Made by a program: the position numbers and the translations under genes. The notes below the pieces were generated by a model. The model did not search any database and was not told where the DNA came from. It was given only the letters and a program-made list of their open reading frames with translations. Shown one piece after another: positions 51,880 to 64,000 of a stretch of DNA of 64,000 bases (the first letter of the stretch is position 1; each line of letters starts with the position of its first letter). The DNA is from Antedon mediterranea (lineage: Eukaryota; Animalia; Echinodermata), in contig NC_092675.1 of the NCBI RefSeq assembly GCF_964355755.1, forward strand, positions 19,812,912-19,876,911, read 5' to 3'.

Positions 51880-54496
51880 AATTCATAAAATAGTTTAAAA
51901 ACTATTTTATATTCAAATGATTCAAACGTTTTTTCTGGTAATACTGTACAAATTACTGCTATAACTAGGAAATCTACACTGTTGCCAAAATTGTTCTCAA
52001 AATGGGATTAACTAACATACAATTGGGTCATAGGATTACTAACTACAATAGATTAACCAACATGAAGGGATTAATCTACATGAGAAAATTAAACCAAATA
52101 AACCAATGTAAAAATACTTATAGCGTTGAAAATAACTAAATTGGATTAATTCAGATGATGAGATAAACTAAAATTAGGATTAGCCTAAATGTGGATTAGC
52201 TTTGAAATACTAGCTAAAAAGGCAATGAAAGAACTAAATTATGTCAAGTTCACATTTGAATTTTCAATGCCATATGCAATATGGACACATAGTTTGTTTG
52301 TTTGTAATTTATAAGATGGCAGTACACACACAGTAAATAAACACTGACGAAGATCTTAAACGATATGCGCTGTTCTTAACTGACATGCACTCGTGCAATT
52401 GTGATGGTAAATTATTCATACTTTTTTGCAGAAGTTGACAATTGTTTGTTTTTTAAAATTGAAAATAGTTAAAAAGTCTTCACAGCTCTAAAATTTGATG
52501 AGGAATTGGATGTGAAACTAACATTTTTACAAATGTGGTCCAAGGTTACTTGTAGGTTCCAAAGAAAGCTAAAATGCGAACTTGACTTGATGATACAAAC
52601 AACTCTCCCAAAACTGGAAATGGCATTCACTAGCCCCAAATTTTGGGCAAATTGACTACAGTTGAATTTTATTTTGATTCTAAAAAGCTGGTGAGTGTTG
52701 AAATATATGATTTTGAAATAATGATATCTGAGCAATAAAAACTATTAACTTAAAATTAGTATGTCCTATAATAAATTCAATTCGTTTAACTTGATAAAGT
52801 GACCTAAATATACAAATCAAGTTTTAGTTTATTTTATTTATTAGCTTGTTTTTAAAATATTGCCATAAATTAGAATTTACTGATTTACATACTAATCAAA
52901 AACAAAATTGTCTTTAATAATATCAGGTTGAACAATACAACAATTTGCAGTTTGTTCATTTTTCTTACTTAATAAATTATAGACATTGTATAGGCCTACT
53001 AGTGGCTATTTTCACCATAGAGTTATTTACAAGTGTAAATGGTGAATACGCCCATAGAAGTACTACATTAAATCAAGCACTGCAAAGTGGTATCTAAAGT
53101 GTGACAAAATATTATTATGATTTAAAGAACCATTGTACAACGCATACACAATCTGCTATTGTCTTATTCTGTGGAACTAGATTCAGTGTACAACATTCTC
53201 ATAAATGCCATGTCAAGTAATATCCTATTCAGATTTGTATTGCATTTGTGATACACCACTGTACCCTATCCCACATAATTATAAAGCATACCACAGGCAC
53301 TGATTGGACGATAATGTGACCTGTGACATGATTTCGGCCAATTTATTATTAGGAGTAAAATTCGTATCTCATTAGCTACCAAAATACACAGCTCCCAATG
53401 CAATGCTTTATGTCTGAATATGATACTATACATACACATCAAATATGTCGGGAAGAATATGTTTTACAATGCAGGTACAATTTCATGGGCCTTTGCTTAT
53501 ATCGTTAAACTAAACACAATATTTATGTTCATCTGGATTATAGAATGCATAGTGGTCTGTATTAGAGGGTATTCTGATGGTTTGTAAATAGAATGAGACC
53601 TGTTTATGACAAAGAAACACAAAAACCTTATGAATTACGTCTAAATTATCCTACTGCAGTTAATATATTTTGTTACTGCAATATATATTTTGTTTCAATG
53701 TAGAAACAGTCACTGGAATACAGTGTGTTTTGATTACTCATAAATAGCAGAATAGTTTTAAACAGTAAACAAAAAGTAGTTTCTGCAGTAGAATCATTTA
53801 GACAGTCCCCATATACTGTAGGCCTATACACATTTCTAGTAGTAGTATGTTGATTAAAAGCAAAATAGATAGCACTAGATGTCATACTCCATTGCTATCT
53901 ACTTTATTATTTTGGAGTTTAGTATTTTCATACGCAATTACAGAGCAGACATATTTCTTTCCGTTGCAGTAATGTTTTAACCACTTTCAACAAAACTTTG
54001 TCAGATATGTCAACATTTGCATTCGTAGTTAATGCACATTATATTAGTAAACAATTTGTTTATTCTTTGCATAAAAACATAAATGAATTAGTGCCATAGT
54101 TTACAGTCATTAACCTGATCATTATTCCAGCAGTTTGACGCAAGGCAATAGATAATGATATACAATATATATTGATTTGTTTTTAACCAAATGAAGGAAT
54201 TAATGAGTTTAATCCAACTGACTGGTGTTTTGTCATTTCAATGGGGTTGATAATTTCACACTATAAATTGCATAATTAAAAATTAATTTGGAGCAAACAG
54301 TTACTTATTGCAACAAACAGATATATATGTCCACGAAAATTGAAAAAAAAATAATCTTGTAAAGATAATTTAGCAAAGTAAGAATTCACAAGCTAAAAAG
54401 AAAATATAAATGAACGGAAAAAATAATTCTGCAAAAATAAGAAGGGATGACTGTTTTGATAAATAAAAAGCATTGGTTTCTTTAATTATAACTTAC

Positions 54497-54517
54497 CAAT
54501 CCACGCCCTATATTGAC
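54497..54517 (-). CDS. KCNMA1: Candidate 21-nt microexon in the Slo1 S3-S4 linker (GQYRAWI)
   Basis: T-rich tract ...ttttgcaattaattgactcag|GTCAATATAGGGCGTGGATTG|gtaagt. Phase 1/1 matches the host intron and the donor is a consensus match. Confidence 0.7.
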
Positions 54518-55313
54518 CTGAGTCAATTAATTGCAAAATAAAAAAAAAATAAATAGTTGTTTTGTGTTTTTACAACAAAAGGATGAATGTTAAAAAGAAG
54601 CATTCTAATCTACTATAAACAATGAGTCCACAGAGGATAGTTTGTGACAAACCTACTGAAGATATATGAAAAAAGGTCTTATACCACTGAGGCAGACAAT
54701 GTGTGATTCGTCCTCTTTTAATGAGTTATACTATTATATAAAATTACACAAACTAACAGTTGTCATGCCTAGATTACATGGATAAACTGACAATAGCCTT
54801 TCTCTCTCTAAAGAGAGAAATACACAACAGTAAAGCACCCCTATCGGATAATTAGTATTATGTAAAATATCTATTTTAGGTTAAAAAAACTAAAAGTTGG
54901 ACTTTTGCCAAAAGTGTGTGTTTAAAATAAAGGATAATTAAAGATACACATTGTACCATTTTAAAGTTTTAAATAACCAATGCCCGATTTATAATAGTGC
55001 TATCCACTCTCTTTATAAAAAAAATATCTTTCTTCAACTGTATTCCTAATGACAACCCATATTGCCTACAAACAGCTACTATAGGTTTAAAGTAAATTAC
55101 TACCGTATGTTAACAAAAACAAATTTAAAGAGTAATATTATAAAAACAATTTAATAATAATAGTAGAAAAGAAATCGTAAGAACAATATAAAGACTTATT
55201 CCTGCTGGACAAAAAGCATATTCTGTTGTTAATTATACCTTGCTGATATAATAATGGGTTTATTATGATATGAATAAAAATTGTATTGGCTACTTTCTAC
55301 CAATATTTCTTAC

Positions 55314-55425
55314 CTATCCACGTACGTCCCAGAACAATTGACACGAAGATCGGTGGAATCGTGAAGAAGTCTACAATAGAAGCTATGGAGACCCAACACC
55401 AAAGCTTTTCCTGGTTAGCAACAAA
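55314..55425 (-). CDS. KCNMA1: Slo1 exon, S3
   Basis: cag|TTT...ATA G|gtaag; 112 nt; FVANQEKLWCWVSIASIVDFFTIPPIFVSIVLGRTWI(G). Confidence 0.96.
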
Positions 55426-55534
55426 CTGAAATAATAATTTGTACACATTTACGCTATAAATACCAATACAACTATAGGTAAATTTTATTTTGTAGGCAAC
55501 AAAATTAGTATGGTCGACAGTTTCAATTACTTAA

Positions 55535-55999
55535 AGCTCATGTACAGGCATGAATTTTAAATATAATATCTGAATAATTATACATAAATCAAATATTTGT
55601 AACAGAAATCAAGACAAAAAAACATGAATTTCCCTTAATATGGTCAAATACAAAATTTGGCAAAATTCTGCCATAAAAACCAGGAAGACTTTTTTCAGTA
55701 GTTAGGTAGTATAACCTAATGTAATAACATGTCTGGTGACTCCCTAGAAAGTGAAAAAAGGTGGTGGATATACGGTGGATTTTTTAAAAATGCCTCTCTA
55801 TTTACAAAATTTGTGTAAAAAAGAATAGAGATTTTACTATGTAATTTGAACTATCCCCCCACTGATAAGAAAGGGCTTATTTTCAGCAAGCTCGTGTAAC
55901 AGAAATAAAATCCCAAAAACTATGAAACATAGGGGAAACTATAGATCAATAATTATTTGAATGTATGATCAATAGAAATTTTTTGCCCGCACCTGACCT
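55535..55999. mobile_element. Non-autonomous TTAA-flanked DNA transposon (Kolobok-like), copy A
   Basis: TTAA|AGCTCATGTACAGGCA...TGCCCGCACCTGACCT|TTAA; imperfect TIRs; reverse complement of 61058-61651. Confidence 0.8.
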
Positions 56000-56026
56000 T
56001 TAAAGCTTCATTCTATTTATACTTAC

Positions 56027-56120
56027 TCTTAAGATGAAATACAGTAAGAAGAAGATGTTGAAGGCAAGATCAGTCTGGAATAGGCGGTCTTCTTTGAGGT
56101 CAAAGCACCATTCTACTGGC
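56027..56120 (-). CDS. KCNMA1: Slo1 exon, S1-S2 loop and S2
   Basis: cag|G CCA...TTA AGA|gtaagt; 94 nt; PVEWCFDLKEDRLFQTDLAFNIFFLLYFILR (cf. vertebrate QIDMAFNVFFLLYFGLR). Confidence 0.95.
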
Positions 56121-58291
56121 CTGAAACATACAAAACAAAACTAATTATTTATCAATTTTTTACATACACATTTCACAAACTTACAGAATAAAAATTTAAT
56201 GATCAGATATTGATAAATTTTCAGAATAGACATTTTTGACAGTTTATTATTTATTATTTATGTACATTATGTTCTTGATTTTAAGGTCAAAGTTGAAATT
56301 AATGATGAGGAAATCCATAAAAGTCAGGATGCCATCTGAATATGCTGTCAAACAAAAGTAATAAATTGTCTTTTTTTCTCCCTCTGTGAGTTTTACCAAT
56401 TACAGAATATAGCAACATAATTTCACCAGAATATCCTTTTCTAGCAAATCTCATTACGTTGATAGAGAAAGAGGATGCTCTTAGCAAATAAAACACGTTT
56501 TATCATTTAAATTTAAAATGCTAACATTTTGAAGGAAAAAATGATATTACAGTATTTGGAATTTTTTAAGGGACTTAATAGGTAATTTTGGCCTATCATT
56601 TGTTTCTATATTAAAAAAAATGTTATAATAAATGTAATCAAATATTCTGTTGTATACAGGAATTAGAAAACATTAAAACAAATAAAAATAACTACTATAT
56701 TACAGTAGTATAATTATCTAATGGTTGTATATGACAAGATCACTAGTTTAATTGACTAATTTAAACACAAAAATAAAAATAAAAAAAAAATAAAATTTGA
56801 CATAAACAGGTGCACTGGTAGGTAGTAATAAGTAAACGCTTACATTCTTTATTTATATTTCATTTTCAAGCTTAGTTGAAAATGAATTCATTCATTTATT
56901 TATTCATACAGTTTTTTTCAGATGAATAACACTATTTGCATTAACAGTGTGTAGTTATGCTGTTGCTATATATTCTTATATACATGCTGAATTTCCTTAC
57001 ACAGAGAATGTACATAATATGACACCCATACTGGATAATGGAATGGTCCATAGAGCAGTAAAATAAATTGCCCTTTTCTGCTTTGCTTTGATTTCATTGT
57101 AAATTTAATGGAGAATTTTTAGCTTTACAATATTTGTTTTGCATTTCAAATTCTGAAATAATAATTCATCAAAAAGGCTGAAAAATAAACATATCAATAG
57201 ACAAGTACAATGGAAACCATTTATAAAATTACTCAAATAAATATTGAATCAAAACAATTGTTCCTTAAATTTATGCAGAAACGTATCAAAATATAGATTA
57301 AATTAATTGTATTTTATCAAATTGATTTCAGAATGTATCAAAAGAACCTACGTTAATTTAAACTAAATATTTTCAAAAGAAATAATTAATTTGTTGCATG
57401 CTCAGAACATCAGATATTATTTTCCAAAAATATCCTTTTAAATAAATCATAATATTTTGTACTGCTACTGTATATTAAATGTAAAATATAAGATTTCTGT
57501 TTAATGCATTCTTTACTAATAATATACACATTTTCTCTGAAATAATTTTGTTTTCCTTTTTTTTTAAATTTGTTTATGGTTTCCTCTTTGAAGAAGCTAC
57601 TAAACAATAATTGACTCAGATTTGAATAAATTACACACAAAAAACAAACATTCAGCCAATAAATGGTGCCAAGTTAATGCTGTATTGGTCTGTACTATAA
57701 TTTGCTTTCTATGTAATCCTATTGTAATGTCTGCAAGGCTTGTGTACTTAAAGTATGATATCTGATTTTGATGCCTACCTATCAAGCTAATCTATATACT
57801 TTTATTAGTAACTATTTGAAGTCTATACAATAACTATATTAAAAGCCAACAGATACACTGATTATGGTTAAATATAACAATTGAAACAGTTATTTTACAA
57901 AAGTGAAAATGCCACCTTAAAGTCATTTCTGTATATATTTAAGTAGGAGAAATGATAATTATTCATGCATAACTTAGAGTCGTATTGGCTGTGAAATCGT
58001 GTCCATTGGGTGCGATAGACCACACTTAGCAACGTGTTCTTATATGTTCTTGTAGTGGCTGTCTAAAGCTGTATACCTACGAACCAATGAGCCACGTCCA
58101 AACTCATTTTCAAGAATCAACACATATGCTTTGAACAGAAATATCTTAAAGGAACGTTGTGCTTTGTTTTTTTGTTTAAATCAGTGCTAGCATTCTGTTG
58201 TAGTATAAAATCTAAAAATGTATCTAAAATTTGGATGTACATTTATTTTTTATTTACATTATATTTTTTTTTAGTATTTTTAATTATTTAA

Positions 58292-58420
58292 AGCCCTATC
58301 TATACTATCAAACTAATTTGACCCACAAAATGTGATGTGTCAAAATTTGGTAGGGATATGCCCAAATATGGTAGTGATAGTCATCATGTCCATATATGTA
58401 TGGGCACATCACATCACTTT
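58292..58420. mobile_element. MITE family copy 7 (degenerate)
   Basis: AGCCCTATCTATACTATCAAACTAATTTGAC...GCCCAAATATGGTAGTGATA. Confidence 0.7.
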
Positions 58421-60061
58421 AGAGTAGCTACAGTATAGTCTTCCATTAAATATATGAAACACAGAAAGTTATCAAGTTCTGGATCATATATTTTGCTATT
58501 GAACTTTATAATTATAGTGTCTATAATCACAATCGCTTTTTATAAATTATGTGTGTTTTGATAATCTCTTTCTAAATATTTTTATGTATTAATTTTATAT
58601 TAATTATGAAATGCTGTATATAGAAAAATAAGACATATAAAGTACTTGTATTTTCTTTTATGATTTAGGCTAAATATTACAGTAGCAATTACTGTACCAT
58701 ACGAGTAGTCGGGAAGATTTTGTGTACACTACTACTACTGTACAATATGAACATAATGCATTGGCCATTTTAATAAACAAAACTGTTTGTTATGTATGTA
58801 TGCATGCTTACTTTAGTATGATAATAAACATTTAAGTGTTTGTAAATATTTACCCCTTTCATTGATTGTTCTCCAAATTTTCAGTTTTTAATTTATTTAC
58901 ACTATACATCCTAATAATTTATGAAAACACTTCTGCTTTTTAAACAGATTAATATTAAATGTAATTGAAATGGACAAGATCTTGTAATCTAGAACCAAAG
59001 AAATATCAAGTGAATTTAATACTGTATATAAAAATGTATGACAAGAATATCAATAAACACTACTTAATGTCAAACAACACAAGAAAAAGAACACATTAAT
59101 GGTGAATAAATCGACACAAAATGTGACACTGAAAATCTATTAAGGCTGCAAACCCTATTATCAAAAGTTGCCAATAATCAATTCAATTCCGCAAGTATTG
59201 TGAAATAATTGTGAATTAATTGAATGAGCTGATGATTGACAAGCGTGTTGATATTTTAATGCCTCAAATCATAGAATCATATTACATCCATTGACATGTG
59301 ACTATACTCTTGGAAATGAGTTTAAAATACTGATTTAGTTGCATTGTTGTTACTATTGAACCATGTCCTAACATGTAAATAGATTCCGTATGATGTTCGG
59401 CCTGCCGCCTCTCACTCCAATTGTGTTGAGTTAAATACAAATCAAAAATGTTTGTGGAATCAAACATATATTTAGCCAACTATACACATGAAAGTGAATG
59501 CATTTCAATGGGCTCATTAATTTCTTGGCAAAACTTTACCACAGATTTTGAAATTACTTTCACATTTTGTAAAATATTTTTACTTCCTCAAGCGATGAAG
59601 ACATACAAATGATTCAGTTTAGAGTGTACAGACATTAATAGATGGTACTACAAAATTATTGATCTATGAATTCAATTCTCTGTTAAAAAATATATGCATA
59701 TTCGGATTGTTAATACTAATAGTAATTGAATAATAAATTTAAAACTATGTTGAGGGGGCGAAAATCTCTAAATAATTGATTAAAAAGATTCATTCGGTTT
59801 GTATTACTAATAAAATATAATAGTTAATTATATTACATAGCCTATGTAAATACGTGAACGTGATTGGTTGAAACTGCGTCACATGACAACCGCTGCGAGG
59901 ATCGTAAATCGTATATATCCTCGAGAACGATGATATTGACTGAGTAATTTTCGCGTAATTATCGTGTCCCCTGTCATTCATCATATAAATTCTCGAGTTC
60001 GATGATATTGACTGTGTAATTTTCGTGTGCAACACTCGCGTTTGACAATAAATAAACAAAA

Positions 60062-60137
60062 GTCATCTACTGGATCTTGAACTCTGAATGGAATTGTCAC
60101 TCCATCACAAGACAACGCTTCAACCGCTGCGCCACGG
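60062..60137 (-). other. Degenerate tRNA-derived segment (pol III A/B boxes), SINE-head-like
   Basis: Minus strand CCGTGGCGCAGCGGTTGAAGCG...GAGTTCAAGATCC; no proper acceptor stem. Confidence 0.4.
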
Positions 60138-60560
60138 AAATTAATCTTTTAAACTATTTAAGCTATGCATACATAGCGCCCTCATTTGTTATTAGTCCTC
60201 CCTAAATGTGATGAAACACCGTTTGTGATTGGTCAAAACTCACGGTAGTAACCTAGTAACTAGTACGCGCTGAACATCCGGCGATTCGGCTCCTCGAAGA
60301 GAAGAAGACGAATTGTTTATTCGGCGTACCTGATTATAATATTATTATTAATAGGCTTATTGATGGAAATTCTTCTGTTAATTTAAACGACCTAGGTCTA
60401 AGTGAATATTTTATTGCCAAGGAATCATTAATTAGTAATTATCTGTATATTATTCTTCGCAAGGTAAGGTGTCTAAGCAGGCTTGTTTACATACAATACA
60501 AATACTATAGGAGGCCTAGCCTACTGTAGCTTCACCCAACCCAGCAGACTTGTTCTTGGC

Positions 60561-60760
60561 TATATAATATAACAGATATCGCCTTTTATATCGGTTAAAT
60601 ATAAGATTTGACATCCCCTCGGGAATGATATTAAGTTCTCGGGGAATATATTTCCCTCAGCTGGCGCTTCGGGAAATATATATTCCCTCGAATTTAATAT
60701 CATTCCCTCGGGGATGTCAAATCTTATATTTAACCTCTAAGCAGTCAATATCTGTATAAT
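60561..60760. repeat. Long imperfect palindrome, probably the end of a non-autonomous element starting near 59830
   Basis: Arms 60593-60656 and 60671-60735 around a 14-nt loop; outer ACAGATAT/ATATCTGT. Confidence 0.85.
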
Positions 60761-60769
60761 ATCTCACCC

Positions 60770-60837
60770 GTAATAGTAATAGTAAATAACGATTATTTTA
60801 TTTACCTAAAATAATCGTTATTTACTATTACTATTAC
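60770..60837. repeat. Near-perfect 30-bp-arm hairpin
   Basis: GTAATAGTAATAGTAAATAACGATTATTTT...AAAATAATCGTTATTTACTATTACTATTAC. Confidence 0.85.
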
Positions 60838-61057
60838 TATTATATTTTATCTCTAAATAATTTATTTTGTAACTATTAATATTCAATTATATAATATTTG
60901 GGAGGGTTTTTAAGGGGAAAATATATTTTATATTCAAAATATTATAATAGCAATTTATTTTAAATTTTAATATTCATTATAAAATAGTAAATTAGAAAGT
61001 AAAAACAAAAGAACATCTGTAACAATTATTGCTAATTATAAATGTGATAAGCTTTAA

Positions 61058-61651
61058 AGGCCAGGTGCGGGCAAAAAATTTCTATTGATCATACATTCCA
61101 ATAATTATCGATCTATAGTTTCCCCTATGTTTCATAATTTTTTGGATTTTATTTGTGTTACACGAGCTTGTTGAAAATAAGCCCTTTCTTATCAGTGGGG
61201 GGATAGTTCAAATTACACAGTAAAATCTCTATTCTTTTGTACACAAATTTTGTAAATAGAGAGGCATTTTAAAAAGCTATGAAAAATAAATGGTGTGGTA
61301 AAAAATGTTATCAGATGACTAAATATAGGTAATATAACTTGAATATTACATTTCTGATATTTTTATTCAACTTCAGATTTTTATTTTCATGCTATAGCAA
61401 AAATTATCCACCGTATATCCACCATCTTTTTTCACCATCTAGGGAGTCACCAGACATGTTATTACATTAGGCTAACTACCTAACTACTGAAAAAAAGTCT
61501 TCCTGGTTTTTATGGAAGAATTTTGCCAAATTTTGTATTTGACCATATTAAGGGAAATTCATGTTTTTTCGTCTCGATTTCTGTTACAAATATTTGATTT
61601 ATGTACAATTAACAAAATATTATATTTAAACTTCATGCCTGTACCTGAGCT
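61058..61651. mobile_element. Non-autonomous TTAA-flanked DNA transposon (Kolobok-like), copy B, inverted relative to A
   Basis: TTAA|AGGCCAGGTGCGGGCA...TGCCTGTACCTGAGCT|TTAA; carries about 130 bp of extra internal sequence (about 61275-61402). Confidence 0.8.
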
Positions 61652-64000
61652 TTAACATATTAACAAATGAAAAAAAAAATTGAAACTGAAATTTAGCTCT
61701 TACGTATACTCTACAGATTTAATCAATTCTTATAACTTATTTGACTAAATAATCTTCAGTAAAAAAGTACATTAATTTTCTTAATTAATTTATAAACCGT
61801 TTCTTCAACTTTATAGTAACTGTATAATAGTACATCAAGAAAGAGAAATTCTAAAAAATCTTATACAAATTTTAGTAACATATTGAATGTTTCAGTAACA
61901 TTAGTTTAATAATGTAGATTGTCTTAGTTAATGTCCTAAATTAGAAAAACAAAAGCTACTATTGATGTCATTACGTCATTCCAATATTACAAATCCATAA
62001 GTAAATTATTTGAAATAAAAAAATAATCAATTTCGATAACTTATTCTGTAATAATTTTCAGTGAAACAGATTATTAATTTTCGCAAGTATATAATATTAA
62101 TTCTCTGAAACTAAAACATATATTTTAATTGCTAAACTTGAGTAGATTTAAGATCTTCAATTATCTTAAGTAAATATTACTTTATTTTATGTTATCAAAA
62201 ATGCTTTTTATGATTATGATATTGAAACTAGGAAATTATTTTTCTGAAAATAAAACTACAGTAATGTATATGTAACGTTCTATTACCAATTTCAGCAGAT
62301 TTAATTTTAGTTTAAATTATAAATAATATTAATTTTATGGAGTCTATGATTAAAACATTGAAAATTGTCTGACACTAAAACTATAATTTATTTTGAGTAA
62401 TTTCAGCAAAAACTAATTCATATTTTAGATAATAAAGGAAGGTGAAAATATAGTTGATCCAAATTTTCAATTAATCTATCACAAATAATAAAGGCACACA
62501 ATAGAAAAATCCATCATCTAAAGGCTTACCTATGTTCCTATAAAAAAATAATAATATTTAAGGTTATTATGAAAAAAAAATATGTAAAACAAATTAAATA
62601 ATGAATGTGTGTACAATAACAGAGGCTTACCTACTGCACACTGGGAGATAATCATACTTCAATTGAACATGAAATTGGGGGTGGGCTTATACATGAAGAC
62701 TACTATAAGAAATATTTTCATTAAAATATGATATTTGCTTGACATTAACACATCAGCAAAGTCAAAGTAAACAAGTACGCCATATGTTATTTTTTAATGG
62801 TCATCGTACGAAATCTATATTCCTAATTTATTTATACGCCCACACTATACGCTATACATACAATCAGTGTACATATAATTACCATTCTTTCTTAGTCTCA
62901 TTCATCCTACTCTTTTTAAGAGCCAATCCACCCTACTGTAGATAATCTAACTGGAAAACCCTAAAATATCAAGAAATATTAATATAACTAGAAATATCAA
63001 TATGCCATAAATTTACACGAATCAGAAAAGGTGTGAGTGCTGCCTACCTCGATAAACCAATTAATAGCCTATTCTCCTAGAAGAGCAAGCTAAAATCTCC
63101 ATAATTGGTACTGTCCACAAACCAATATATACTTTTATAGTTTAAACTTTTATTTATCAATATAGTGAAACAATGCTACATTTAGATCAATCTGGTAAAT
63201 AATTATAAAGTCTGCTGAAAATCCCGCACAGCTGATAAGATTTAATGTAGAAAACAGACAAAACAAACAACCCATTAAGAATTGCCCAAACGAAACAAAA
63301 ATATTCTCATCCAGATATTTAATAATTAACTAGACAAATATTATCAGACTATACTTAAGTACAGGTTTGTTTAAGCTCATAGTAAAATCAAGTGGTCAGT
63401 AAATATACTTTGTAGTGATAAACTGTAAGAAAACCACTTAAGTTCTAGAAAGTAATCAAAATTTACATTGAAGAGATGAACATACATCCTTTGAAAATGG
63501 ATTAAATATAAAGATGTCCAATAAAGAGGCATATACAGGGGAGAATGTTTCATTGCCATGGATGATCCCTCTTTGTGCCATAAATGTTTGCCATAATATA
63601 ACTTTAGTAAGCCATCTTGGTTTGAGTAACTGCTGACGTTATAATACATGAACAAATATCTTAATATTTTATATGTTAATCATGGACAAAAAAATAATAT
63701 TCTTTACACTATGTTATAAATAAGGTACTTATTAGATTGTAAATTATGAGAGCCATAAGGTTATTTCGTTTGAAAAAAGGGGAAAAATTGAATCTAGAAT
63801 CATACACACAGTATACAAGGCTCAGCGAATTCGCGATGGACAGTCTTGCACGCTCAGCCAAATTAATCTAATGCCATAGTAGTACAGTAGTGTCATGATA
63901 TAACTAAACTTAATAGCTGTATACTAATCTAACCGGTCTTATTTTAGGTTAACAATAATAAAAATTATTCAATATTGATTTGGAGTGGACAATAATTTAG

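Larger units (their letters stand above)
1527..56120 (-). other. KCNMA1: Slo1/KCNMA1 BK channel alpha subunit gene, partial span (S2 to RCK1-RCK2 linker); the gene continues beyond both window ends
   Basis: 14 exons with canonical AG/GT borders and matching phases join into one stop-free frame of 1575 nt. It contains S4 LRFLRALR, pore [12 protein letters not shown]1 HIVVCGH...[12 protein letters not shown] and the CxxCH heme motif. Confidence 0.98.

Noticed and set aside
1453-63655. Remaining 60-130 aa ORFs in the track
   Set aside because: Mostly alternative-start, F/I/L/Y/K-rich frames typical of AT-rich introns. Only those overlapping Slo1 exons or candidate cassettes and the LINE RT are meaningful.

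Overview
AT-rich (roughly 70% AT by eye) animal genomic DNA. A marine invertebrate deuterostome such as an echinoderm is plausible, but this is inferred only from composition and repeat types. The whole window lies inside one minus-strand gene, the large-conductance Ca2+/voltage-activated K+ (BK) channel alpha subunit, Slo1/KCNMA1. I assembled by hand 14 core exons with canonical AG/GT borders and matching phases (1575 nt, about 525 codons). They run from S2 (56120) through S4, the TVGYGD pore, S6 and RCK1 into the RCK1-RCK2 linker (1527). S0-S1, RCK2 and the Ca bowl lie outside the window. The most striking unexplained signal is a set of short, frame-preserving candidate cassette exons and microexons: about seven phase-1 candidates in the 12 kb intron equivalent to the vertebrate STREX (C2) site, five phase-0 candidates in an 11 kb RCK1 intron, and a 21-nt microexon in the S3-S4 linker that repeats the RxWI motif. 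All need RNA-seq confirmation. The introns also hold a recent 5'-truncated RTE-like LINE with a perfect 129-bp target-site duplication, an inverted pair of TTAA elements bracketing the S2 exon, seven copies of a Harbinger-like MITE, a Nin/Deu-domain SINE, palindromic elements and minisatellites. Most ORFs in the supplied track are spurious.
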